From NCBI GenBank assembly GCA_963714095.1, contig OY970230.1:532084-596083 (forward strand): DNA of 64,000 nt. Reading direction: 5' to 3'. Below the pieces are notes generated by a model that was not told the DNA's origin, did no database searches, and saw only the letters and a program-made list of their open reading frames with translations. The stretch is from Candidatus Gottesmanbacteria bacterium (GTDB taxonomy: Bacteria > Patescibacteriota > Microgenomatia > UBA10105 > UBA927). A program made the position numbers and the translations under genes. Shown here piece after piece: positions 51,061-61,184 of the stretch. The first letter of the stretch is position 1; each line of letters begins with the position of its first letter.

Positions 51061-53265
51061 TCAATTGCTTTGGTCTTTTTCATCCAATGCTGCTTCTTGG
51101 CTCAGCTGCTTGAGATTTCCTTTCTTTACTGTTCCTTTCTCAAGCAATGTTTCTTGGTTTTCCTCTTTCTTAGCCAATTCCTCCAGTGCTCCCCTCCCTG
51201 CGGCATATTTGGCTTTAAGATATGCAATAACTTCCGTCTGTGAAAAGCCTCCTATGAGAAGAAATGGGAGAATGTTCGATACCGAGGAGAGGCCTTCTCT
51301 GACTTTCAGTGGATCAGGGGAAGACAATAACGTCATTGCCAGGGAAACGGCTTCTCCATCATCTTCAATCCATGCCCGTCTGTTGGAATATTTCTCAGGA
51401 ACATCGATTTGCTGATAATTCTCCAGCCATAATGACTTAACCGCTTCGTAGTCATCAAAACTTACTGTTTGTATCTGGTTCACCGCGGGAAAATTAATAA
51501 CAGGAATCGTTTGAGCAGTGGTAGATGCGGCAGAAAGAATAGATTTTGCCAACACATCACCTTTTGTTGTTTCCTGATTGAGCTGTTCACGAAGGACCGT
51601 AAAATGCTGTGCTTCCTGCGGTGTTGCACTCGTTTTCGGATTGGCAATTTTCTCGAGTGATTCCTGAGTTTGCTGCAACTGGTGAGTACTCACCTCTGTC
51701 CGGCTTAAACGTGCTGTTTCAAAGTTTACGATATCACGCATAGTAGGTATTGGAAAATTGATTAATCGTGTCGTCGGTCTTGCTAAAATCTCAGGCTTAA
51801 ATTGAGTAGCCATAACCGGCCGCTGGGTCGTCTGTGAAGATTGTTGTTTATTCTCCGTTACATTTGTTGTATACGTCTGGTGCGTTTGGTTGGTTGTTTG
51901 CTGCTGACTAAAAGCGTTGCCTACCTGGGTATATGATGTGCGTTCAGCCGGCCGTTCCGATTCCTGCTGTCGGGGGGTAACGGTTGTCACTCGTTTAATA
52001 CTGCTTTCTTCTTGTCTTGCAATGTTTTGCCTTAAAACGTTGCGGGCCTCTCCGGCAGGAAACTGCCCGGTTGGCAGGGGGGGAGGCTGCTGGGGTTTTT
52101 TCAGAAAGGCAAAACCTCCGCTTTGAAGCGTGTTTATATATCTGCCCATTGGGGTATTTCCGGGCTCATATTTTGCAAGAAAATCCAGAAGAATTTGCAG
52201 AAGAATAAAAGGCATAAAAATTGCCACCCAGAGCATAAGAAGTGCTATTACATACTGTGCATATGTATCGGGATAATTAAGACTGTTTGTCAAACTTAAT
52301 TGTTGTCCTGGTCCTCCTACAAGAATGCTGATTGCTGTCGGATATAACGGTGCTGGTTGAGATGCGGGTGGAAAAAACTGGAAAGGAAGAATAAGAATAT
52401 TACTCTTCCAAATAATCACGACTGCTGATAAAAACAAGGCAAAAAGCGGAGCATATAAGAGCCACCGTAAAAATTCCCTTATCCATATTTTTCCGGTACT
52501 TTTTAGTGACTCATACAAAAAAACGATCGGGTAAAGCGGCGATGCGACAAGAAAAAACCACAGGATAATTTTTCTCACCGAAAGAATGGAGCCTATGACA
52601 TAAAAAGTAACAGAGCTCAGTTGGATAAGAAGAAGGGACACGAATGCGGATTCATCAAAACCAATACCCGTCCTTCTGAAACCAGTAAAATTTTGTGGGG
52701 TAAATGATATGTTAACGATATCTTTACCGGCAATAACACCGCTCCCTGTACCCGCTGTCTGGAAAAAAAACATCTGAAAGATGTCGGCTATTTGATACAA
52801 AAAGCGGGCGATGGCAAAAGAAAAGGTTACAAACAGTAACGCGAAAATAAACTTTCTTGTAAATATCAGAATGCTGACATTCTTTCCTCCGTTTATAATA
52901 ATCAAGAACGCCGTCACCAAAATTGCCAAAATAAACACTGCATAGACAATATTTCTTATCGCAACCCAGACGTTTATCAGGGAGCTATCCACGTAATCCC
53001 ATTTATAATTGACGAGCGTCCAATCCATAAAATTTTCAGCCCGGGAGGCTGTTTGTCCTAAGAAAGTCACCATTGGATCCTGAACCCAATCACCGGGAGA
53101 AGTGGGAGAAACGGTGGGAGTAGGAGTGGGTGTTGGTTGGGGCGGTGTTGGGGTTTGAGCAAAGACGGTCGGAATCAATTGAGGGGAAGGAAAAAAACGT
53201 AATCCCGAAAATACGGGCTGGAAAAAAAACAATACGAGAATACTAATGAAAAGAAAACGTTTCAT
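51061..53265 (-). CDS. Large polytopic membrane protein (VirB6/TrbL-like TM core) with Gln/Thr-rich cytoplasmic tail
   Basis: Signal peptide; WVAIRNIVY, RKIILWF..VASPL, W..EFLRWL.YAP. Confidence 0.65.
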   Translation of the reverse strand: MKRFLFISILVLFFFQPVFSGLRFFPSPQLIPTVFAQTPTPPQPTPTPTPTVSPTSPGDWVQDPMVTFLGQTASRAENFMDWTLVNYKWDYVDSSLINVWVAIRNIVYAVFILAILVTAFLIIINGGKNVSILIFTRKFIFALLFVTFSFAIARFLYQIADIFQMFFFQTAGTGSGVIAGKDIVNISFTPQNFTGFRRTGIGFDESAFVSLLLIQLSSVTFYVIGSILSVRKIILWFFLVASPLYPIVFLYESLKSTGKIWIREFLRWLLYAPLFALFLSAVVIIWKSNILILPFQFFPPASQPAPLYPTAISILVGGPGQQLSLTNSLNYPDTYAQYVIALLMLWVAIFMPFILLQILLDFLAKYEPGNTPMGRYINTLQSGGFAFLKKPQQPPPLPTGQFPAGEARNVLRQNIARQEESSIKRVTTVTPRQQESERPAERTSYTQVGNAFSQQQTTNQTHQTYTTNVTENKQQSSQTTQRPVMATQFKPEILARPTTRLINFPIPTMRDIVNFETARLSRTEVSTHQLQQTQESLEKIANPKTSATPQEAQHFTVLREQLNQETTKGDVLAKSILSAASTTAQTIPVINFPAVNQIQTVSFDDYEAVKSLWLENYQQIDVPEKYSNRRAWIEDDGEAVSLAMTLLSSPDPLKVREGLSSVSNILPFLLIGGFSQTEVIAYLKAKYAAGRGALEELAKKEENQETLLEKGTVKKGNLKQLSQEAALDEKDQSN

Positions 53266-53269
53266 TCTG

Positions 53270-53566
53270 TTAACGACCGAACCCCGGAATTTGTAAAATA
53301 TTTACAGCAATCACCTGGATAAAAACAAAGGCAAAAACTGCTAATAAAACCCCGGCGATAGATGAATAGAGATATCCCTTCCCTTTCTCTAACTGCATGG
53401 GATTACCTTGAGAGGTGAGAATAAGGTACCCTGCATAAATAATGCCGATGAGAGCAACGCCACCAATCAATCCCAGCCCAATGCCGTAAAATTTTTCAAC
53501 AAATCCAACCGGGGTATTAGGGACACATCCAAAATCAGTAATTGTTTCATTTGCCAGGCAGCTCAT
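53270..53566 (-). CDS. VirB2/TrbC-like pilin
   Basis: TDFGCVP; IIYAGY..LTSQGNP..LEKGK..L...IAG two-TM hairpin. Confidence 0.75.
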   Translation of the reverse strand: MSCLANETITDFGCVPNTPVGFVEKFYGIGLGLIGGVALIGIIYAGYLILTSQGNPMQLEKGKGYLYSSIAGVLLAVFAFVFIQVIAVNILQIPGFGR

Positions 53567-53629
53567 ACTATACTTACCGTAGCATATTTGTGCCGAAGAT
53601 AAAAGGTAAAACCAGGTGTCTGATGTGCC

Positions 53630-53655
53630 TGGCGGAAAGGGAGAGGTTTGAACCC
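53630..53655 (-). repeat. tRNA-Ser 3'-end remnant (att-like)
   Basis: + strand TGGCGGAAAGGGAGAGGTTTGAACCC resembles the tRNA-Ser 3' ends at 59584 and 61094. Confidence 0.7.
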
Positions 53656-53671
53656 AATTTTTTTCTGGTAA

Positions 53672-55636
53672 TTATCGCTGCGATAATTGATATCTATGAG
53701 AAATAATTGTAAGAGTGATGCACATTGGTAAACAACAGAACAATACTATCAATGGTTCCGGCTCTGTAAACGGTAAACTGAACTTATTCCACAACACCTC
53801 TCCCATGAGTGGCAGTTTTTTAAGAAGGTCCGTCTTTTTAACCACATATATTTCTCTCAGTGTGACATTTGTGTTTACCAGTGCCATATAGGTATTTGCA
53901 TCAGATTGATCGATAGATAAATGTAACTGATACTGTTTATCTCTTGATTGTGTTTCTATTGGTAGGCCAATAGTGAAAAATTTAGACTCATAAATTTGGT
54001 ACAACGGATATGCAGTGATATTTATCCTACGGCCGGTCTTGTCGGTAATTGCAGCAATCAAGTGTGCGTTTAGGTTCGCTCCCGGCATATAACCCAGTCG
54101 TGTCATTTCCTCCTTTGCCAACGGTCTTATTGCAAATTTGAGCATGCCGAGGTTGTCGTATGTCGCAACAAACGGGATCGTAAGCGTTACCGGAGTTATC
54201 GGTACTAACCGGGGCAGATTGTTGTTGCTCATATTGACAACAAGAGTTGCAAATGATGTTGGGACGCTATACCCATACCATACAAGAAATATCACCAGGC
54301 AGGCGGCAAGGATAAATCTTATTGATGCTGCATGTGTAAATTTCTGTAATTGTTGTTTACTCTGAACTAATAACCCCTTAGGGTGAAGAAAGTACGGACG
54401 CTCCATAGTAACATGAAGTACATATCCAAATATACCGATTAACCCGACAACAAATAGATTACGGGTTATCATCTGATAGAGTGTCGCAGGCTCACCGTAT
54501 CGACCAACAATTTCGATTGCAATCGAATGCGTAAGATACAGTGAATAGCTTACTGTTCCAAGCCAGATGAAGAATGGAGTTCGTAGCACGCGCGCCCATA
54601 CTGTTTGATGACTAAGCGTGATCAAAAATCCGAGAGAAAGCGGGAATACAATGAGGAAATTTTTAACGATTGAACTTGTCGGAATAAATATTCCGGCAAA
54701 TATACTCAATAGTGCTACTCCAAGTGGTATGACTGAGGGCAAACGTATAAGCATGGCATGGAACCGCTTCACGACGGGAGATCCGGTCGCGCCTCCAATA
54801 ATCGCCCCGGCGATAAAATACAGGATGAGATGTATCTGAAGCATTGAAAAAAAATAGATATGTTGATAGAGCATATATAAGCCAAAACAAAGAGGAAACA
54901 AAAGAACAATACTGATAATTGTCGTCACGGTTGATTTTGTTTGTCGAATGAGCTGTATCCCGGGCAAAAGAATGATGGGATAAAGAAGATAAAACGACAC
55001 TTCAGCAATAACGCTCCAATATACTCCATCCAGCTGACCGACATAGGTACCAAACGGTATAGTCATGGTCATATTCACAAGCGCATTCATCGCTGTTCGA
55101 ACGGTTGCCGGCCAAACGATGAAATACACAGCGCTCGGCACACGCATCTGAAGCACGATGTATGAAATGACTGTCAAAATTTGGACTATCAAAAATCCTA
55201 AAAAAATAATTTTTCCGATACGTGCCCGGTGTGGAGATCGCTGTATACATCGCCAAAGGAAACCCCCTATAGCCATTGCGACGATGAGTACGGCGGACAG
55301 AGCAAGCGGCGAAAACTGATTCCATTGCCATTTGATAATGGCAAGCGCTATACACATGACAACGAACGCCGGAAATATCCGGGTATATCGTTTCTGCCAA
55401 AAATCAAAAGCGGACGGAACGGTCGGATAAATCGTCGCCATGAGGTACCCGCTCAACATGAAAAAAATGAGCACTCCTATGCTGCCACTATTAATAATCA
55501 TACTGACGATCGGGTGAAACCACCCGGGAGTAGACGTATAAAGGAGTCCAAGATGGAGATGATTGAGAATAACCATGAGTATTGCCAGACCACGAAGTCC
55601 GTCTAGCGCAGCTATACGGTGTTTAGGTAGGGACAT
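53672..55636 (-). CDS. Acyltransferase-3 (OafA/OatA-like) with C-terminal extracytoplasmic domain
   Basis: ALDGLRGLA, FFMLSGYL, KRYTRIFP, YWS...E..FY, G.VSYSLYL.H. Confidence 0.9.
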   Translation of the reverse strand: MSLPKHRIAALDGLRGLAILMVILNHLHLGLLYTSTPGWFHPIVSMIINSGSIGVLIFFMLSGYLMATIYPTVPSAFDFWQKRYTRIFPAFVVMCIALAIIKWQWNQFSPLALSAVLIVAMAIGGFLWRCIQRSPHRARIGKIIFLGFLIVQILTVISYIVLQMRVPSAVYFIVWPATVRTAMNALVNMTMTIPFGTYVGQLDGVYWSVIAEVSFYLLYPIILLPGIQLIRQTKSTVTTIISIVLLFPLCFGLYMLYQHIYFFSMLQIHLILYFIAGAIIGGATGSPVVKRFHAMLIRLPSVIPLGVALLSIFAGIFIPTSSIVKNFLIVFPLSLGFLITLSHQTVWARVLRTPFFIWLGTVSYSLYLTHSIAIEIVGRYGEPATLYQMITRNLFVVGLIGIFGYVLHVTMERPYFLHPKGLLVQSKQQLQKFTHAASIRFILAACLVIFLVWYGYSVPTSFATLVVNMSNNNLPRLVPITPVTLTIPFVATYDNLGMLKFAIRPLAKEEMTRLGYMPGANLNAHLIAAITDKTGRRINITAYPLYQIYESKFFTIGLPIETQSRDKQYQLHLSIDQSDANTYMALVNTNVTLREIYVVKKTDLLKKLPLMGEVLWNKFSLPFTEPEPLIVLFCCLPMCITLTIISHRYQLSQR

Positions 55637-55872
55637 ATGACTCTTGTCCATCATAGCGAAGAGGGCAGGATGACTTACGAACTTTTTACGCACGAGTCCC
55701 CGCCTTCCGGGAGTATTATATACCGTCATTAACCGAATAATGAAAATGGGTATCTGTTCGCCCTAGTAAATATGTTTAGTAACCGAGAAATAGAGTTTGG
55801 GTTTAGTTTGCAGAATATCAAAATTGTCTTTGAAACCTTCCTATAACAACCAGCTTACGCTTAATTAATAAA

Positions 55873-56061
55873 TCATTTTAAGTGAATATAAGCCCAAATT
55901 CCAATTGCCACTATTTCAATAAGACTGATCAAAAATACTAACATACCAAGCGAGTGTATTCTTGAATGTATCCCATTGTTCTTAATGGCATAAAACAACA
56001 CGAAATTATTAACGGCTATAATAATTACAACAAAAACAATAAGGCTAGTTCTGAGTTCCAT
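55873..56061 (-). CDS. Small two-TM protein
   Basis: Hydrophobic 62-aa ORF with AAGGA upstream. Confidence 0.6.
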   Translation of the reverse strand: MELRTSLIVFVVIIIAVNNFVLFYAIKNNGIHSRIHSLGMLVFLISLIEIVAIGIWAYIHLK

Positions 56062-56297
56062 AAAATATCCTTACAAATACATTGTCCTCTCAATTCAAAA
56101 AGGAATCAATTTTGAGGCTAATTTGCTCGCTCAATGAGACGATTTTCGTACGGTTAATTGGATATCTAACCTAGGGAAACCCGATTCGATTCTCCGGGAA
56201 ACCACACAATTACTTCAAAATTAATAGACGGATTCTAAACTTAAAATATGGTTATAGAAAAGATCAGAACATGTTATTAAAATTTTATATTTATAAA

Positions 56298-58592
56298 CTA
56301 AGGTTTAAGTATCTCCTTATAAAGATAAATTGGACCGCACCCCCAGGCATGGGAATAACTTGAGAGTTCTTCTGCCGTACCCGGAGTATAGTATTCATAT
56401 ATTGTAGTTGCCCCGTCTTTAATCATTCCGCCCCAATAGTTTCTCATTGTCTCTAAAGCCGTATCCCGTCTCCCTACATTAAGCAACCATTCAACAACCC
56501 AGCTTTCAGAAAATGGGTCAGCTGTATAGAGTTTTTCCCCGAAGCTCTTGGCAACCTCCTCAGACTTTCCAGGAGGAAAAATTCCGATTGATCCAGCCAG
56601 CGCGTTGGTAACTAAGCTTTCACCCTTAGATTGTTCTTCTAAGGAAAAACTATCCACGAATAGACCTGTTTTACTGTCGTATCCGTATTTAAGCAGATTG
56701 GCCTCAATTTTATCAGCTTGTTGGGTAAAATTTTCCTCTGGTTGATCGGCTTCCTTTGCTATCAACGCCGCCGAACGTAAAGCTTGGTAGTACCAAATTT
56801 GAAAACCAGTAATAAACTGTTTACTCCTATCGATTGGGGACCAGTCAATAAAGACCTGCCACTTAGTATCCAACAGTTCTTGTGAACCAGCATTTTTCTC
56901 AGCCCAGTTCATAACTTTTTCAACCGTTGGCCACATTTCTTTTGCAAAGGAAGCATCTTTAGTTTTAGTAAGATAATCGTCCACCCAAACAACCCATTGA
57001 AACACATAATCATAAATGATTATTGGATCTCCCGATGGTGACATGGCAGGTAGCAATCCATCATTATTTTGGCCTTGCGCAAATTGCCTAATCATTTGAC
57101 TAACTAATCTAGAATTATCGCCATTGACCATTAAACAGCGTGAAACTTCTCTGGCATCACCAATATACATAGCTTTTTCTCTCACAACGCTATCCTCGAA
57201 ATGATCTTGGACATTATTTTTTAAAGTATTTATTGCCAACTCGTATATCTGCTGATCAATTTCTTGCCCAAACTCAGTTATTTTTGGTTCAACAAAGGGC
57301 ATCCCAACTATTTTAAATCCAAGTTCTAGTTCGTTCTCACACGCCGATTTATCTATCTGGATATATCGGCCGGACCGGCGAGAAAACTGTTCCCAATTTA
57401 TTTCTCCTTCAGTAAATACTATTTTGTCATCCTGGGACGTCTCCTCAATCTTCTTATCAACAGTAAGTTTGTCTCCCCATGAGACTGAAAGAGTGCAGTT
57501 TTTCTCTAGAGAACCTTTGGCGGTGAGATAGCCTACCATTGTCCTACCTAAGTCATATACCCCCGAACCCATATCGTTAACCGGTTCTTTTTTCTCAACG
57601 AGTAAGGGGGTTTGTCTCGGCTCGGGAATATACTCTTTAAAATCAATTTTTTCGGGAGTTTTCCAAGACATATTGTCATCTTTTGTTAAATCAATTTCTT
57701 CCGAATATGCAGCAACCGGAGATATTTTTACACCATTTTTCCACCCGTCATTACGAGCAGTTTGCCAGAGACGGCTATCGGCAAGATTGTGAGTTATTAT
57801 TCCATCCTTTATCTCCCCACCCACTAGCAGTCCAGGCGAGGGATAAGTAGCGTGCTGGTGGTATTTTTCGTTGGAATAATTACAAACTATTAAGATTTCG
57901 TTTCTTCCTTTCCTAATATTTCCCCCTATGTCGATTTGGTCGTAATAAATCCTTGGGGGAACTGCATAACTTGGACCATGATACAAACTCTCTCCATTCA
58001 CAATTAATTGATAATCTCCCAAACAGGAGACTAAAATCTTTGCAGTGGACGAGGAATATTTTTGATTCCACTCATACCTAAAGCTTGTATATGGATAGAT
58101 ATTATTATCATCTCCATAACGCCAAATCCACACCAGGGATTTTGACCAGGGATATTTTAAATCCCAGTGAGTGTTAATAATTAGTTTATCCCAGGAGTCT
58201 CCAATTATTTTTGTAACAGGAACTAGCCACAAGAGAGTCAAAACCAAACCAACTAACACGATTTTTCGTCTTTGAGGTAGCACAATCAGTGACGTCAGAA
58301 CGATAATAATTGGCAAACAAATAAATAAGTATGCCAGCCTCTCATCCCACCAATGAATTCTTATCCAGGCGGGAAATAATGGAGAAGTAACTAAGTTTCC
58401 AATGTGGGAGTAGATTTTGTAGATCAAGTTTAATCCAAAATTTAACCGTTGCTGGGGTAGGACGTGTTTGCGAACCAGAAGTATGGCGCTCTCCCCTAAT
58501 CGATGTTTTGGATAAAATACTGAGGCTGATTCGAATCCAAGAAACAAGATTAACAGAAAAATGGTGATCCATATCAACATTTTTCTTTTCAT
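56298..58592 (-). CDS. Membrane-anchored GH78 alpha-L-rhamnosidase-like protein
   Basis: YDLGR, FEDSVVREKAMYIGD, FIDW, GATTIYE, SYSHAWG. Confidence 0.85.
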   Translation of the reverse strand: MKRKMLIWITIFLLILFLGFESASVFYPKHRLGESAILLVRKHVLPQQRLNFGLNLIYKIYSHIGNLVTSPLFPAWIRIHWWDERLAYLFICLPIIIVLTSLIVLPQRRKIVLVGLVLTLLWLVPVTKIIGDSWDKLIINTHWDLKYPWSKSLVWIWRYGDDNNIYPYTSFRYEWNQKYSSSTAKILVSCLGDYQLIVNGESLYHGPSYAVPPRIYYDQIDIGGNIRKGRNEILIVCNYSNEKYHQHATYPSPGLLVGGEIKDGIITHNLADSRLWQTARNDGWKNGVKISPVAAYSEEIDLTKDDNMSWKTPEKIDFKEYIPEPRQTPLLVEKKEPVNDMGSGVYDLGRTMVGYLTAKGSLEKNCTLSVSWGDKLTVDKKIEETSQDDKIVFTEGEINWEQFSRRSGRYIQIDKSACENELELGFKIVGMPFVEPKITEFGQEIDQQIYELAINTLKNNVQDHFEDSVVREKAMYIGDAREVSRCLMVNGDNSRLVSQMIRQFAQGQNNDGLLPAMSPSGDPIIIYDYVFQWVVWVDDYLTKTKDASFAKEMWPTVEKVMNWAEKNAGSQELLDTKWQVFIDWSPIDRSKQFITGFQIWYYQALRSAALIAKEADQPEENFTQQADKIEANLLKYGYDSKTGLFVDSFSLEEQSKGESLVTNALAGSIGIFPPGKSEEVAKSFGEKLYTADPFSESWVVEWLLNVGRRDTALETMRNYWGGMIKDGATTIYEYYTPGTAEELSSYSHAWGCGPIYLYKEILKP

Positions 58593-58670
58593 ATCTATTT
58601 AATTAAGGGTTAATTTGTATATATTATTGTTTGTCAATTGGATCCACCTGATGGACAGGTTCAGAACCTA

Positions 58671-59000
58671 TTACAATTCTGTCTTGTCAATTAGTAGGTA
58701 AATATCAAAGGCCACTTCTTCATAGGGGTGAACTTTCTTAATTGCTTTAATTATTTCTTTGGCTTTGTCTTTCGGGCAAACAAATTCGATCCTCTCCTCT
58801 TCAACTTCTTCGGGTTTCCCAACTTCACCAATAGCTGGTCTTGCTCCCTTCTGGAGATTAAATCTACCTACACCTTTACTGGAGAAACTACAATTTTTGT
58901 AATTACCGATTACTCCACCACCAGCATCACCAATAGCTTTTCTAACAATATCTGTGTGGGTCAGTGGAACAAAAACGACAATCTTTACTATTTCTCCCAT
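58671..59000 (-). CDS. Stand-alone YqfO/NIF3 PII-like insert domain protein
   Basis: KIVVFVP, AGGG.IGNY..CSF, HPYEEVAFD. Confidence 0.85.
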   Translation of the reverse strand: MGEIVKIVVFVPLTHTDIVRKAIGDAGGGVIGNYKNCSFSSKGVGRFNLQKGARPAIGEVGKPEEVEEERIEFVCPKDKAKEIIKAIKKVHPYEEVAFDIYLLIDKTEL

Positions 59001-59039
59001 AACTGAAGTATATCAAAAAGTTCTAATTGTGCCTATCTA

Positions 59040-59070
59040 GCTCCGGGCGGTAGAGGATGTTTGCACTTAT
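59040..59070 (+). repeat. Intergenic repeat copy D
   Basis: GCTCCGGGCGGTAGAGGATGTTTGCACTTAT. Confidence 0.85.
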
Positions 59071-59074
59071 TTTA

Positions 59075-59216
59075 GGTTCAAATCCCGCTTCCTGTCAGGC
59101 TAGGTTATATTTCCTACATCGCAAAGTCAGAACTCGTTTTTGTAACGGTACAAACACATATTTTAATCGAAAATATATGGTTGTACGTGATGGCGGAGCA
59201 TACAGGTCTGGAACCC
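59075..59216. repeat. ~140 bp element bounded by inverted tRNA-Ser 3' fragments
   Basis: Left GGTTCAAATCCCGC, right TGGCGGAG...GAACCC; homologous to 63877-64000. Confidence 0.6.
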
Positions 59217-59583
59217 TTATGTCCGTATAATCCCCTCGTACTTCTTACTGGTATTGTACCAGATTGCGTTCTATAGTCGAAGCTAAATTAAACAGGTTTA
59301 TAATTGGGTTGTATATAATTTTTTTAGGTAAAGGAGATAAGCCAGGCGATAATACGGTTGAATTGTTTATGACGAAGAAAACGTTGGGTGTTAATACGAT
59401 TGAAAAACGAAGTGATAAATGGCAAGTAGTGTGATCGTTATGTGCGTATCCTTCGTTATGTATTATGTATATATAATAAAGGGCATTAGTATTTTTTCGT
59501 TATTAGCCTCAAAAAGTCGTACTTTCTGTGTAAACGCGCTTACACAGAAAAACTACAACATCTTCATAACCGAAAACTTTCTG

Positions 59584-59670
59584 CGGAGAGGGCGGGATTT
59601 GAACCCGCGATCACCTTGCGGCGATACGCGCTCTCCAAGCGCGCGCACTAGGCCACTATGCGACCTCTCC
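59584..59670 (-). tRNA. tRNA-Ser(GGA)
   Basis: GGAGAGG/CCTCTCC acceptor, loop TTGGAGA, long variable arm, GGTTCAAATCC. Confidence 0.95.
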
Positions 59671-59699
59671 AATAGCCATAATTATACTATAATGATCCC

Positions 59700-60611
59700 A
59701 TGTCTTCCCGAATGAAGGCTGTCTTCGTATTAATTCTTGCGGAACTTTTGTGGTCAACGTCCGGACTTGCCAAAATAGTAGTGCGGGAGCTAGATCCATA
59801 TGTAGCTGCGTTCCTGCGATTCTTTATTGCGTCTCTGGTCATCCTGCCGTTTTTTCTTAACGAGCACGTCCAGAGAAAAAATCTCATCAGGGATCTATTG
59901 CCGCTCTCTTTGGCAAGCGCCGCAAATATCCTGTTTTATTATGTCGGTCTCCAATTTTCTACCGCAAATGCTGCCACACTTATCTATGCGGGCGTTCCGC
60001 TGGTTACCGCACTTATTGCCCATCACATGATCGGTGAACGGCTTAATATGCAAAAAATTATCGGTATTTGTATCGGCCTTGTCGGTGTAGTATTCGTAGC
60101 ACTGTTACCCGCAATATTTCGCGGGGAATCCGTTACCGGCAATATCCGCGGGAATATCTTTTTCGTGTGTGCGGTACTGGCGTGGTCCTTGTATACTATC
60201 GGGTCACGCAAAGCTATAGCCAACCAAAAATATTCACCTCTTACAGTAGCCAGCATGTCCATTTTTACCACCGGCGCACTTTTTTTTATAATCAGCCTTT
60301 TTACATTTCAACCGCACTATTGGATAACCCTCAAACAGCCGTCGCTTCTGCTCCTTATTCTGCATCTCGGGACAATTGTTACTGTTGCCACGTTTCTTCT
60401 CTATCAGTGGGTCATTAAACATTCATCCGCGGGAACCGCAGCTCTGGGAAACTATATCGGCCCGATATTTGCTATCCTCAGTAATGTGATATTCCTGGGT
60501 GAAGTTATAACTCCTGCATTCATTCTCGGAACCGCGCTTATTCTTATCGGCATCGTGGTGATATCAGGAAGCGGCCTTCTGCAAGAAGCGAAAGATTGGA
60601 TAAACAAATAA
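59700..60611 (+). CDS. DMT/EamA family transporter
   Basis: About ten TMs, two EamA repeats, FLRF, GERL, FLGE. Confidence 0.9.
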   Translation: MSSRMKAVFVLILAELLWSTSGLAKIVVRELDPYVAAFLRFFIASLVILPFFLNEHVQRKNLIRDLLPLSLASAANILFYYVGLQFSTANAATLIYAGVPLVTALIAHHMIGERLNMQKIIGICIGLVGVVFVALLPAIFRGESVTGNIRGNIFFVCAVLAWSLYTIGSRKAIANQKYSPLTVASMSIFTTGALFFIISLFTFQPHYWITLKQPSLLLLILHLGTIVTVATFLLYQWVIKHSSAGTAALGNYIGPIFAILSNVIFLGEVITPAFILGTALILIGIVVISGSGLLQEAKDWINK

Positions 60612-60614
60612 TTG

Positions 60615-60686
60615 CGCTCTCGTGCAGAGTCGAACTGCAATCACACCCTTCGGAGGGGCGTATTCTATCCATTGAACTACGAGAGC
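60615..60686 (-). tRNA. tRNA-Arg(CCG)
   Basis: GCTCTCG/CGAGAGC acceptor, loop CTCCGAA, TGCAG-TTCGACT-CTGCA. Confidence 0.95.
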
Positions 60687-61090
60687 TTTCCCAAATCTCC
60701 ATTGAGTACAATCACTTTCATTGCATGCATCTCAACGCTGTAATCCATCTTCGGAACCGGATACAAAAGATATATCTTTTTATCCAACCCAAACGCGTAT
60801 CCCATCTCTAAAAACGTGTTGCCTCCGATGTAACCGTTTACTCCTTTTTTCTCATAATTCAAAACAAGTATCGCATCGGATTTTTCTATTTTTCTGAAGT
60901 GCTCGCGGATAAAATCATATTCTATTTTCGTTGATATTTTATCTGCATCCCGATTCATAAACGATTCATTCGTTTTTTTATTCCCGAGCTCTGTCGGCAC
61001 CAATACACGGAGGCCCTGCGCTTCGAGTTCTTTTTGCGCTTTTGCCATTTGTCGATAAAACTGCATGCTGCCGCAGATGGTGATAGTCAT
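60677..61090 (-). CDS. Nucleoside 2-deoxyribosyltransferase-like (Rossmannoid) protein
   Basis: ITICGSM.F, HF.KIEKSDAILVLN, GYIG.NT.LEMGYA. Confidence 0.75.
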   Translation of the reverse strand: MTITICGSMQFYRQMAKAQKELEAQGLRVLVPTELGNKKTNESFMNRDADKISTKIEYDFIREHFRKIEKSDAILVLNYEKKGVNGYIGGNTFLEMGYAFGLDKKIYLLYPVPKMDYSVEMHAMKVIVLNGDLGKLS

Positions 61091-61093
61091 AAG

Positions 61094-61182
61094 CGGAAAG
61101 GGCGAGATTCGAACTCGCGTAGGCCCTTTCGGACCTCCAAGGTTTTCGAGACCTGGCCGTTTAACCGCTCCGGCACCTTTCC
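61094..61182 (-). tRNA. tRNA-Ser(CGA)
   Basis: GGAAAGG/CCTTTCC acceptor, loop CTCGAAA, long variable arm. Confidence 0.95.
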
Positions 61183-61184
61183 CT

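Noticed and set aside
1042-58572. Many 60-165 aa antisense or alternate-frame ORFs inside long genes
   Set aside because: No motifs or translation signals; expected by chance opposite real genes
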